Source of the DNA: Piromyces finnis finn
Lineage: Eukaryota > Fungi > Neocallimastigomycota
Assembly (NCBI GenBank): GCA_002104945.1
Contig: MCFH01000123.1
Span: 1 to 36,111 of the forward strand
DNA length: 36,111 nucleotides
Direction of reading: 5' to 3'
Shown piece by piece: positions 1 to 11,119 of this stretch; position 1 is the first letter of the stretch, and each line of letters starts with the position of its first letter. Under the pieces are notes generated by a model, which was not told the origin of the DNA, did not search any database, and saw only the letters and a program-made list of their open reading frames with translations. Position numbers and translations under genes: made by a program.

Positions 1-182
1 ACATTGCATTCAATTGCTGTGATAACTATGTCAAATTCTTTTTCTTTAATTAAATTAGTGAGTTGAACCATTTCATCTTGAAATTCAACCTCTTCAAAGA
101 GGTCTTGTTCTGACTCATAAGAAATTGACATAGTGCTCTTATCACTGTCACAGTCATTATAATCAATATTGTAATTGTTATT
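1..182 (-). CDS. 5' part of an ankyrin-family gene, paralog of the 16267..17919 gene; runs off the left edge (not in the ORF track)
   Basis: Manual translation from 182 gives NNNYNIDYNDCDSDKSTMSISYESEQDLFEEVEFQDEMVQLTNLIKEKEFDIVITAIECNV. This aligns with DSTETSTMILSNNSYTSDIELFEDIEVSNEMIQPNHLIEEKDFDEVISAIEYNV of the 550-aa protein. A T-rich tract plus AG (184-183, minus strand) suggests a splice acceptor; there is an in-frame ATG at 131-129. Confidence 0.7.
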
Positions 183-486
183 CTTTTGAAAAAAAAAATA
201 AAAATAGTTGAATTTGAATTTGCTTAACAAACTAAAAATAAATAATATTTTACTGGTGTTTTTTTTTTAAATAAAAAACAATAAATATTAAAAGATAAAA
301 AAAAAGTATTTTATTTAATAAATAAATTTAAAGTATATTTAAATATGATTGTTAATTAAATATTCTTAATAAATAAAGTTGTATTTTTTTATTCTATTAA
401 ATTTAAAACTTTAATTTTATTTTATATATAAAGTAATTTAATTAATTATATATCAGTTATTAAAACTTTTGAATTTTTTTTTATTA

Positions 487-505
487 TTTAAATGGATCAA
501 CCATT
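487..505. promoter_or_regulatory. Conserved upstream element TTTAAATGGATCAACCATT (AATGG-N5-CCATT inverted repeat) of ankyrin paralog 1
   Basis: An identical 19-mer lies at 18268-18286, at a similar distance upstream of the paralogous gene. Function is inferred only. Confidence 0.45.
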
Positions 506-2845
506 ATTAATATTGAAATAAAAAAATAAAAAATCAACTTTTCAGTAAATATAATGAATGATATTAAATATATTATATATTTTAAATATTCAAAAAGCAT
601 ATTATAGTATCTATATAGTATAATTAAATAAAAAAATTATTAATTAATTGTTATAAAGAGTTTTTTTATTAGAATAAAATATATATTTAATTTATACAAT
701 TTATTATATTTATATTTAATTAAATTTTGGATATTTGATGATGTTAATTTATGTAATAATAAATATATTATTGGAACAGTTTGTTCAATTGTAGAAATAA
801 CTACATTAAAAAAAAATTTTTTTTGGTAGTAATTTACCTATTTAATGGAAACAAAAATATTAATTCAAGGGAGAAAATTTCCAAAAACAACAATAACAAC
901 AACAAAACGAAAAAAAATTTAAATATATATAGAATCATATTTATTGAATACCATATTGGAAATAATGAAAGTAAAAAATATATATATATACAATTGATTA
1001 CTAAACAAGAATAATATAAGGCTTATATTTTAATATAATGATATATTCTAAAATAATCTTCATCTATGTAATTTCATATATTTTATAAAATTAAATGAAA
1101 AAATGTTACTTTTTTGGTTACTTTTTTTTGTGTTGTTATAAATATAAATATAAATATAACCATATAGTTTATTTTAAATTTTTTTACATTTCAAGTATGT
1201 AATAGAATGGATGATTAATAATAGTAATAAAATAAATATTAAAATATACCTTAATAAATTTTTAAAATATAGATAATGATAATGGTTTTGAATTATATTG
1301 AATTAATCTTTTTGAACTTTATGTTCTTTCATATTATTGTATATAGATAAAATTATTAAATATCAATGATAAAATTAGTGAAATAATTTAGCTTTAGTTA
1401 ATTTTTTTGATGTCTTTATTAATAAATATTAATATAATTTATTAACATTTAAATATACTTTTTATTCTTTCTCAAAATATTATACATTTATACAATTAAT
1501 TTTCTTTTCTTTTAAGTATTATTTTAAATATATATTTTTAAAAAAACACCTTTTAAATATAGTCACAACTTTTATAAAAGTAATTTTAATTCATTTTAAT
1601 GATTACATATCTAATAATAATTTATTCAAAAAAAATTTAAATAAATTTCATTAATCAATTTTTTGATACATTATTCATAATATTAATAATACTAATACTA
1701 TTATTAATTATAACATTTTCATATTTTTTTATTTATCATCACTTTCATCACTTTTATTGGGTCAATACTAATGTCTTTTAAGATATAAAATTTTCTACTA
1801 CTAATTTTTCTAAATACTCAATTTCATTCTATTGTTTTTTCTTTAAAACTCATACCCATATATTTACTATAACTACATTTGCTATCACCTATATTTTTTA
1901 TCATATAATTAATCTTCTAATTGGATTATTATTTGTTGCATTTTCATATAAAGTAGTTATACTATTTAATTTATTTGATTCAATTGACATTTATGTGTTT
2001 TTTTGTTGATAATAGAAAATAAAATTTATATCCATTATTTTAATACTTTTTTAACAGTCAAATTCATATACAATTTCAAATTTTGAAACTGAATAACTTC
2101 CGTCAATTATTTGTATTTGTTGTAAAACTTTATATTTTATGCTTAATTAAAATTATTCATTGTGTATATTAGTTTTTCTTGATTCTTCATTTCTTTTTCA
2201 TATTTATATGAAGGGATATAAATAATTTTCATATAGCATCAAATCAAGCAATTGGAAATTAATAGATATTGATTAGGTAAAGAAAGTAATACATAGTGTG
2301 AATCTAATTAGTATTTGATCACCTGAAAAATTAAAACATAGTAATAATTTTACAAATAATATTATCATAGGTATCAGTTATCTCTTTCATAGAACGTAAT
2401 TTCTACTTTCTGTAATTTTTGTATGGATAGAAATAAAATAGTTACATTAGTAGTTTTTTACTACCTTTAAATGAATTGAAAATACTTAAATATAAAATAT
2501 AAGCCACTCATATAATAAGTATAATCTTTCTTATAAATTATATTATTTAATTTTATTTATATAAAAAATAAAAATTATTTTATTTATTTAATAACTTTAC
2601 ATTCAAATTAATACATGTATTATAGATTTATAAAAATTTGTTAACTTTAATTTATCACAATTAAAAATATAAAAATCTTTTCTAATTATATAGTAATTGA
2701 AAATACAGAAACATTAAAGTTAATAAATTTATTATATTTAATTCTACTAATATAATAAAAAATTAAAAAATAATAATTATATCATTAATTTATATAATTT
2801 ATATATTAAATACTAAGTAAATATATTATATATATTATTCTATTT

Positions 2846-3040
2846 TTAATTGTTTTTGTTTATCCTTTCCACTACATGGTTTTTACTTCTTTTATTTCTT
2901 ATCAATTTAATATGCACTTCTTTAAGATAGTTTTCCATTTTGACATTATTTTGTTGAGATGCATATTTCCATAATGAAACTTTTTTATTATCATCATCAT
3001 AAATTTCAGTTTCGATATTCTTTAATCTATTGTTAATCAT
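2846..3040 (-). CDS. Terminal segment of the broken ankyrin frame (degenerate ankyrin-like helix pair)
   Basis: SLWKYASQQNNVKMENYLKE resembles an ankyrin half-repeat; in frame with 3155..4435. Confidence 0.35.
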   Translation of the reverse strand: MINNRLKNIETEIYDDDNKKVSLWKYASQQNNVKMENYLKEVHIKLIRNKRSKNHVVERINKNN

Positions 3041-3154
3041 GATATTAATAATATTATAGCAGTCTAAGATTATAGAATACTTTAATAAATTACTTATAAA
3101 ATTTTCTTCTGTATAATCAATAAAAAGTTTTAAATAAGTTAATTTTGAATTTTC

Positions 3155-4435
3155 TTATAATTTTTTAAACAATTTCTCAAATTCTTTTAAACTATAAATA
3201 TTCATTTTAGCTTTATTATCTATGAAACATTTCACAATATCTTCATTAATATTTTTTCTTGTTATGGCAAAATAAAATATAGAACATTTATTTTTGCCTT
3301 TTGAGCGAATAATATAATTAACATTAGCACCGTGTTTTATCAGTAATTTAAGTATTTCACAATTATTTTTAATTATAGCTTGAATTATTGGAATTTTTCC
3401 ATTGACATAATTGATATTACCTTTGAAATACCTTAGTATCAATTTAAGAATATTTATATTTTCAGTTTCTATTGCCATATTTAAAGCGGAACATATAGCT
3501 TTTCCAATATTAATGTAATTTCTTCTTCCTTTTTTAATATATTTCAAAAACAATTTAGTATAATATACTAAATTTAGCTTTATTGAATAAAGTAAAGCGT
3601 TATCAAAATCGTCAATTTTAAATTCTTTACTTAACAAGTAATAAACCATTTTTTCAGACTCTTCCTCCTTTTCAATCATCATTCCCATAACTAACGGATT
3701 TATATGAAACTTTAATTTATGAATATTAATATAATAATCTATACAATCTATGAAATCAAATTTATCATATAGATGGGATTGTCTGTTACAAATTATAATT
3801 TTAAATAATTCTGTATTTGAATTGACATCCGAAAAATAATCTTTTAAATTTCTACTTCTACAACTTTTAAATATTTTATTTAATATCCCTTTTATATTAA
3901 AAAAAATAATTCCAGTAATAATATTTTCAGATGAGATAAGATTAATAAATTTATCTGAATCAATACTGAGTAAATACAATATAGAATATTTATCCTCTTT
4001 CAATAAAGCATAATATAATATTAAATTTTTATATCTATCTATCATGTTTACATTATTTATATTTACATATTTTTTAATATCGAAATTCTCATTAAATAAA
4101 TATGCTTTTATAATATCATTATCAAACATACAATCAATGGTATAAAGTGTTGAATTACTATTATTATTGTTTCTTTCATTATAATGATATCTTAGATGTC
4201 TATTATTATTATTTAATTTTAATCTTTTATTCTCATTTTCATCATCAATAATAATTATTGTTTCTGTTCTATTACGTTTATTCCTTTCTTCTATTGCTCT
4301 ATTACTATTTACGTCACTAAAACAGTTTTTCTCAGTATTTTGATATTCATTTACATTTTCTTCATCATCAATAATTATTATTGTTTCTGTTTTATCATGA
4401 ATATTCTCTTTTTCAAATATTCTATTATTATTCAC
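3155..4435 (-). CDS. Ankyrin-repeat protein segment (426 aa; ORF track uses a GTG start, frame is open further upstream)
   Basis: KIPIIQAIIKNNCEILKLLIKHGANVNY and CSIFYFAITRKNINEDIVKCFIDNKAKMN match the ankyrin consensus. Confidence 0.65.
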   Translation of the reverse strand: MNNNRIFEKENIHDKTETIIIIDDEENVNEYQNTEKNCFSDVNSNRAIEERNKRNRTETIIIIDDENENKRLKLNNNNRHLRYHYNERNNNNSNSTLYTIDCMFDNDIIKAYLFNENFDIKKYVNINNVNMIDRYKNLILYYALLKEDKYSILYLLSIDSDKFINLISSENIITGIIFFNIKGILNKIFKSCRSRNLKDYFSDVNSNTELFKIIICNRQSHLYDKFDFIDCIDYYINIHKLKFHINPLVMGMMIEKEEESEKMVYYLLSKEFKIDDFDNALLYSIKLNLVYYTKLFLKYIKKGRRNYINIGKAICSALNMAIETENINILKLILRYFKGNINYVNGKIPIIQAIIKNNCEILKLLIKHGANVNYIIRSKGKNKCSIFYFAITRKNINEDIVKCFIDNKAKMNIYSLKEFEKLFKKL

Positions 4436-4468
4436 ACCACTAAAGCAGTTTTTCTCAGTATTTTGATA
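4238..4468 (-). repeat. In-frame 123-bp (41-codon) tandem duplication (TEKNCFS...TETIIIIDDE x2)
   Basis: CAGTTTTTCTCAGTATTTTG at 4323 and 4446, and TTCATCATCAATAATTATTATTGTTTCTGTT-like blocks at 4238 and 4361; both offsets are 123 bp. Confidence 0.8.
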
Positions 4469-4497
4469 TGCAATTTTACTATTTTTGTTAGATTCAT

Positions 4498-5544
4498 TTA
4501 AATAGATATTTGAACTATTTTTACATATTTTATTTTTTTTATTAAATAATCAAAAATTATTATATTTATAACATGATTATTATCCTCTAAAGATTTTTCT
4601 ATTATGGTTTTATTTTCGCGATTTCTTAAATTTAAATCAGCGCCATAATCCAATAAAATTTTAAATAGACTATAATCTTGATTTAAATATTTTTCTTTAA
4701 ATGAATTACAACCACAATGTCTGTAAGAAATAAATAATGGATATTCATCATAACCATTACAATTACTATTGACATTAATTTGTTTATTAATTATTGGATG
4801 GAATAATAGACATTTAATCAATTCATGATTATTGTCTTTTATTCCATTAATAAATAAAAGACCAATATTCTTTTCTTTATAGTCATTTTTTATTTTCATA
4901 TATATTTTATCATTATTTTTGCTGAACATTATATTTTTATAAATGGCTTCAAGGTCCTTAATTTCAATAATAATGTTTTTTTTATCATACTTTTTTGGTG
5001 TCGAAATACCTAGTGATAATTCATCTAAATTAATTTTTAATAAGGATCCTATCATCTTGATATATTTTTCTTTATTATCAACAAAAATATCATTTTCAAT
5101 GGATTTTAAAATATATTTTAAATCTATATACGATTTTTTAAAACTTTTATTTAAAAGAAATTTTGGAATAAGAATATTGATTATTTTTTCTTTATTATTA
5201 TTATTTTTAATTAAAGATATTAATATTTCATTAATATCTATTTTATTAAAATTAAATGATTCATTAATGAAAAATGTGTTGCTAAATATTTTAATTTCAT
5301 TAACATTATTAAAATTATATTTTACACTATTCATTAATAAATCTTGAATATTTATATTATTAATAATTTTTAATTTTTTTTGCTTATTTAAAACATTAAT
5401 AAGCATTCTTAAAATATTAGTATATTTGTTATAATATACTGAATTTATAATATAATCAAATTTGACAGTATCATCTGGATATTCATTTACAATTGTTTCA
5501 ATAATATTTTCAAAATATTTATTATGTAAATGATTTTTATCCAT
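4498..5544 (-). CDS. Ankyrin-repeat protein segment (348 aa)
   Basis: EYPLFISYRH...FKILLDYGADLNLRNRENKTIIEKSLEDNN is an ankyrin repeat. Confidence 0.6.
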   Translation of the reverse strand: MDKNHLHNKYFENIIETIVNEYPDDTVKFDYIINSVYYNKYTNILRMLINVLNKQKKLKIINNINIQDLLMNSVKYNFNNVNEIKIFSNTFFINESFNFNKIDINEILISLIKNNNNKEKIINILIPKFLLNKSFKKSYIDLKYILKSIENDIFVDNKEKYIKMIGSLLKINLDELSLGISTPKKYDKKNIIIEIKDLEAIYKNIMFSKNNDKIYMKIKNDYKEKNIGLLFINGIKDNNHELIKCLLFHPIINKQINVNSNCNGYDEYPLFISYRHCGCNSFKEKYLNQDYSLFKILLDYGADLNLRNRENKTIIEKSLEDNNHVINIIIFDYLIKKIKYVKIVQISI

Positions 5545-5616
5545 TTTGTCAATAATTTTTAATAATATAGTATCATAATTTATATAATAATTGCCATTAT
5601 AAGAAAATAAAAAAAG

Positions 5617-6744
5617 TTATTTTAAAATACAATCTATAAATGAATATTTTTTATTTTCGGCATAAAAAAGTAAAAGGTTATAAAAACTAATATTTTTAAC
5701 AACATTTTCATTCATTTTTAAAAATTTTAATAACATTTCAATTATCCATATTTTAGATGAATTTGCTACATAGTATAATATGTTTTCAATAAATGAAATG
5801 TTATAATTTTCAAAATTATATTTTATAATATATTCTAATAAATTTAAATTATTTTCAACTCGACGTGTATAAGATACATCGCCAATAATATATTTATATA
5901 ATTTCAATTTATTTAATATTTTCACGATTTCACTTGAACTTTTTTTGTCATATTTTATTAATATGCTAATAGTTGGGTAATCGTAAGAGTCAACTTTTTT
6001 GTCGATATCCTTATATTCACAATTAAATTTTTCATAATTAAAAGTACGGTTATAGATTTTTTCAGTAAGATTAATATATGTTTTTTCACCGTATTTTAAT
6101 TCATAAATTTGATTATTTATTAAAGGAATCCTGTATTTAAAACAAGTTAAAAATTTAATGATATAAATGAAATTTTTATCTTTTAATTTATAATTTAAAA
6201 CACGCTTTAACATTTCTTCATTTTTGCTTTCAATCAACATTATAATAAAACTTTCAATATTTTTATCTAAATTTTCATTATCAAAGTTTTCTAAAAATTT
6301 TAATATTTTAACTATATCAACTTTCTCAATATAATATTTTTGAATGAAGGATATCAAATTTACCCCTTCGTTATTTACATAATTTGTATTAGCACCCATT
6401 CTCATTAAGGAATGTGCCAATAAAAATTGTTCTTTTATCATTGCATCAAATAATGGTATTTTAACATCGCCATCTATTTTAAATGTATAGTTTAATTCTT
6501 TATAATCAAAATACCTGATAATGCATAAAATTATATTTTTTGTATTTTCATTTTCTTTTTCGACAGTTCCTATAGCACAAGTAAGAACGTCAAACTTATT
6601 ATCTTGGTTCAATTTCATTCTAAATTTATTATAATTACTTTCATTTAATTTTTTTTCAAATGCTTGAGTATCAGTATTATTATCAATACAACATTTAATG
6701 AATTCTATTAATTCATCTATTTTTTCTTTTAACATAACAGCCAT
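5617..6744 (-). CDS. Ankyrin-repeat protein N-terminal segment (375 aa)
   Basis: FDVLTCAI and KIPLFDAMIKEQFLLAHSLMRMGANTNYVN resemble YDVLTNCI and KSPLYAAIANNHFKIADFIISKGGDINF in the 550-aa gene. Confidence 0.6.
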   Translation of the reverse strand: MAVMLKEKIDELIEFIKCCIDNNTDTQAFEKKLNESNYNKFRMKLNQDNKFDVLTCAIGTVEKENENTKNIILCIIRYFDYKELNYTFKIDGDVKIPLFDAMIKEQFLLAHSLMRMGANTNYVNNEGVNLISFIQKYYIEKVDIVKILKFLENFDNENLDKNIESFIIMLIESKNEEMLKRVLNYKLKDKNFIYIIKFLTCFKYRIPLINNQIYELKYGEKTYINLTEKIYNRTFNYEKFNCEYKDIDKKVDSYDYPTISILIKYDKKSSSEIVKILNKLKLYKYIIGDVSYTRRVENNLNLLEYIIKYNFENYNISFIENILYYVANSSKIWIIEMLLKFLKMNENVVKNISFYNLLLFYAENKKYSFIDCILK

Positions 6745-8254
6745 GTTTATTAATTTTTAATAATATGGAAACAGTATAGTACTTTTTAAAAAGATATATA
6801 ACAATATATTTATCAATAATGCTAAATTATTGTTCTAATCTCTATAATTATGTTAATTTTTTATACTAAATAAAATAGGAAATTATATTATAATATATAT
6901 GATAGGATTAGATTATTTCTTATTATTATTATATAAATATAAAATAAAGAATATTAAGTTTTAATATTTAATGTTACCATTCAACCCTTATTAAAAAATG
7001 GGAGAATCTTTACAATAAAGTTTTTATAAATTTTTAGAAATAAATTTTAAAAAAAAATTTAAATACATTAAAAATAAGTGAAAGATTTAAATTTTGACTT
7101 TTCAAAAAGTTTTAATAATTTACATGACTCTATAAAAATGATAATTGTAAATTAAAAAAATATTATTATCCATATGTTATGAAAAGTGATATTTTTATCA
7201 CAAATTTAAATCTTGGAGCTTGTTAATAATATAATTTAAATTATTTCTTAATATTTTTATAAATATTTCATCTTTAAATAAAAAAAAAACAGAAATACAA
7301 AAAATATATACTTTCAATTAAACATTTATATTAATTATTATAAAAACTTAAAAAAAATTATTAAGTTATAAAGAAAAAATTAAGTTAAAATCCATAGAAA
7401 ATAGCATTTATTAATTTCCCTATTATTTATATTAAAATATAGTATTTATTAAAAATATATTTTCTGACTTTTTACCTGAAAAACTCCCAGTTTAAAATGT
7501 TTAAAAGAAGTAGAATTTTTTAAAAAAAGTCGTCAATGTTTAACTAAATTATTAAAAATTGGAGTATATACTAAATATATTGATTTTTTATCTTATATTA
7601 AACTTTATCAGTATTATCTAAAAATAAAAATTAGAAACATAATTTTATTGAAGTATCTTGTCCAGTATCGTGAAATGTATCCGAAAGAAAAGTATATTGA
7701 AAGAGTAAAAATAAAAAAATGTTGGATTATTATTAGAGAATGAAAATGATACTACCCAATTGGAACATTATTTATATAAATTAATGATAAAGGAGTATTT
7801 ATTCCGAAAAAAAAACATCCAATATAATAAATTAGTGGACAACAAAATTAATAGTAATAATGATAGCAATTATTTAATACTTTTTAATAATGACGAGTTT
7901 TTAAACTTTTTCGTTAAAGAATATGCTAAATTTATTAGCTTACCAAGGATAAATCATCAACCTTCGAAATTCCAATACAACAATAAAAAAATCAATTCTG
8001 ATTTAAACAGTATTAAAAATATAAAAAATTCATATTTATCTCAAAAAAAATCAATATAAATCCTAGAGAGGGTAAAAAAATCGGATCAAAAAAAATTTTA
8101 AATTAATAAAATAATGGTTTTTATTTAGTTCTTAAATATTAATTCTAGAAAATTAAAAATTATATATCACATTGTTTTTTAGAATTATCTAATAAGTCCG
8201 TTCATACTTTATAATTAGCACCATTACCATTACTAATTACATTCCACCTCATAA

Positions 8255-9700
8255 ATGGCAGCAATTGAGTTATCCAATGAAATAACAATAATTCTTGAAT
8301 AATTCGATTATGATTATTTAAATTCAAATGGAGATGCGAATAATGACATTGAAAAGGATTTAGGTTTTGACACTGAAAGTATTAATCTAATTAATGGCGA
8401 TAAATATGATAAATATTTTAAAGGAAATAATAAATTATTCATGAATTTAAAAAGATCTCGTATACCTTGCTATGAAATATTTATAAATAATTTTGTTGAT
8501 GTTAATGATTATACAGATTTATAAAGTAAAAAAGAATTCAATGATAAAAATAAATTTTGAATTGAAAAAAAAATTGTATATTATATATAAAATATTTACA
8601 AAAAAAATTTAAATTATTCCTTTTTTTTTATTACAGAGAAATTAAGACATTTATATTATGAAAGATATATTGGTATATTTATTAGCAAATCAATTATTAT
8701 TACAAATATTTTAAGAATTTTAAAAAGGATAAGAATAATAAAATGAGATTTATGAGGAAGCAATTAAATAAAGTAAATAAAGCTAACAAAATACAATCTT
8801 TGAATATTGATTTTGAATATATAAATAATTATATAAAATTTTTATATTCAATAATAAAGTTTTATGATAAAGCATTTAATTATAAATACGAAAATATTAT
8901 ATTAAAATATAAAGATTTCAGGAATACAGATATATTAAGTTTAAATAAGCTTTATTATGAATTTTTTAACATCAAACGAATAAATAATGAATGGTTCGAA
9001 ATAGATAATGAAAATAAATCTTATTTTTTATTGATATTAGGAATATACCTATTAAATTCCAATTATTCTAATAATTATTTGTATAATTCAGTTGATAATT
9101 TCAATATTTGTAGGAATAAATATATGGTGTATGATAATAAAATTGCTATTAACCTATGGTTAAAATGGATTAATACTACTAGTTATTTGTAGAAATATAA
9201 TAAAGAATATCATGAAAAAGAAAATGAAATAATAGAAAACAATAGAATTATAAATAATGTTTTACAAATATATCTAAGAGATTTTTTCAACTGTGATAGT
9301 TATACAAATATCAATCAATTAATGTTATCATCTTTATTTTTATTATTTGAATTACAATAATATATACATTATTAAATTAAAAAATTATATATTTCTTCAA
9401 AAATTTAATTATATTTTAATGAACCTTTACATTATTTTTTTTACAGAAAAAGTATTATGCTTTTTTTTATAATCATAATTGTGCTTTAACTGAATTTGGT
9501 TGGTGTTATTTAATTATTAAAGAAAATGGTATCTTTTAAAAAATATTTATTTTAATTGTTATTATATTATTATTACTTTAACCCTAATGTCAATGAACTT
9601 GGAATAAATAATAAAGATAGTATTTTTTGTTCGTTATGTATCAATATTCCAAATTTAGATGAGATTTTGTTCAATGAAGTCAATAAGAAAACTAATAAAA
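8255..9700 (+). pseudogene. Probable spliced gene or gene relic of unknown product (possibly one Sel1-like helix motif)
   Basis: Protein-like frames at 8255-8523 (one in-frame TAA) and 8743-9192, the latter continuing ~55 sense codons past its TAG. Acceptor-like TTTTTTTATTACAG (~8636) and TTTTTTTTACAG (9446). Clean exon 9447-9528 (KKYYAFFYNHNCALTEFGWCYLIIKEN) is followed by GTATCT. I could not assemble a complete gene model. Confidence 0.35.
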
Positions 9701-10716
9701 ATAATACCTTTTTGTATATTTTTACTTTTTATACTAAATACATATATTTTCTTTATATATATATATTTTTTTTCACCTTCCCTTTTATTTTAATGTGTTA
9801 TATCCATATAAGAAAGTTTAAATAAATAATCAATCAAACGAATGAATATTTTTTAAAAAAATTATATTATTATAATATATTCAAGATGATCAATAGATTC
9901 AATTAGAATATAACTACATTTCAACTCTAAATTATTAAAATAGCATACTCTTATTAATTTAAGATTAAAAAAAAAGTATCCATAAGTAATGGTGAATAAC
10001 TAAAAGTATATATTGATTAAAAAAAGTTTAATAATAATATAACCCAAAAGAATGATGAATAGAAATAGATTTAACAGATGGATACCTTTGAAACATATAA
10101 CTTTGTATTATTCAGTGAGAAAATTGTTTTATATTAAATAATTATTGTAATATTGTTTAAGAATAAAAGTTTTTAGAAATATTATGTTTTTAAAGATGAA
10201 ATATTATAAATTCATTATATAACTTATCTAGTGAAGTACTCTATATTTAATTAGAAAGTTTTATTCACTTAGTATAATTAATAATAAACAACTTTTTTAT
10301 ATTTGTAATAATATATAAATAAAATTCTTTATACTATTATATATAATGTTTTATATTTGTAATTTTTTTTTCATTTTACTATAAAATTTTTTAATAAAAT
10401 AAAAGACTTTTATATGTAATGTATATGATTTTCTTATTTTAAAATCTTTAAATTAAAAAATTAAAGAAAAAAGTAAAGCTTAAATATCATTAAATACAAC
10501 ATCTAATAACAATAAGCTACTTTAATATGTATTTTTTCATAACAATAGACATTAAAAAATAATAAAAATGAAGAAACAAATAACAAACCCTTTTTAATAT
10601 AATAATTAATATTATAAAATATATGGTAAATATATTCAATAATATTAGTATAAAACAAAAATATTTAATCTCAAAATTAATAAAATTTTTAATAAATAAT
10701 AATTATAATTAAAATA

Positions 10717-10922
10717 TGTTAGAATTTTAAGTTTTTTAATATACTTTATTATGGTAATTTATTAATATTTTATTACAAAGATTTAATTAACAATTACAAA
10801 TTTGTATTTACACTAAAATTTATGACTTATGCTATAATACATACATTATTATTACATTACATTATGTCAATTACATTTTACTAATGAATAAAGTTTATAA
10901 TAAAATTTGAGATTTTCTAACA
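10717..10922 (-). mobile_element. 3' LTR (206 bp) of a Ty1/copia element
   Basis: 8-bp terminal inverted repeats TGTTAGAA...TTCTAACA, immediately downstream (minus strand) of a polypurine tract. Confidence 0.8.
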
Positions 10923-10931
10923 TTCCCCCTC
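10923..10931 (-). other. Polypurine tract of the copia element (GAGGGGGAA)
   Basis: Abuts TG of the LTR; typical copia PPT-LTR junction. Confidence 0.8.
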
Positions 10932-11119
10932 AAACTTGATTTCATTTTGAAATCCAATGTTTGAAAGTTTTGTTTTAAAATGAAATAAAATAAATAAAAA
11001 AAAATTTTTTTTTTTTTAAATTTTAAAATTTTGTCAAATTATTATGAATATATAAGTATAATAATGCTTTATATAATATATTGTTTCACAAAAATTTTTA
11101 CCTGTAAAATTATTGATTA

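Larger units (their letters stand above)
2846..6744 (-). pseudogene. Single ~1300-codon ankyrin-repeat reading frame interrupted by two TAA codons and one homopolymer frameshift (pseudogene, sequencing error, or cryptic introns)
   Basis: 6744..5617 and 5544..4498 are in the same frame, with 24 sense codons between the TAA and the next ATG. Adding one A to the A8 run (T8 at 4533-4540) fuses 5544..4498 to the 4435..3155 frame (KNKICKNSSNIYLNESN...). After the TAA at 3157-3155, 38 sense codons lead in frame into 3040..2846. Confidence 0.6.

Noticed and set aside
781-2420. ORF 781..1014 and protein-like fragments at ~1700-2420 (minus)
   Set aside because: Low-complexity AT-rich sequence with many stops; no motif I can defend.
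2846-6744. Endogenous giant-virus gene cluster, or TAA reassignment
   Set aside because: Tight spacing is better explained by one broken gene, and no viral hallmark gene is present. TAA terminates the intact genes in this window.
7400-8059. ORF 7760..8059 and upstream fragments
   Set aside because: TTG start and no recognisable domain; may be a relic but cannot be supported.
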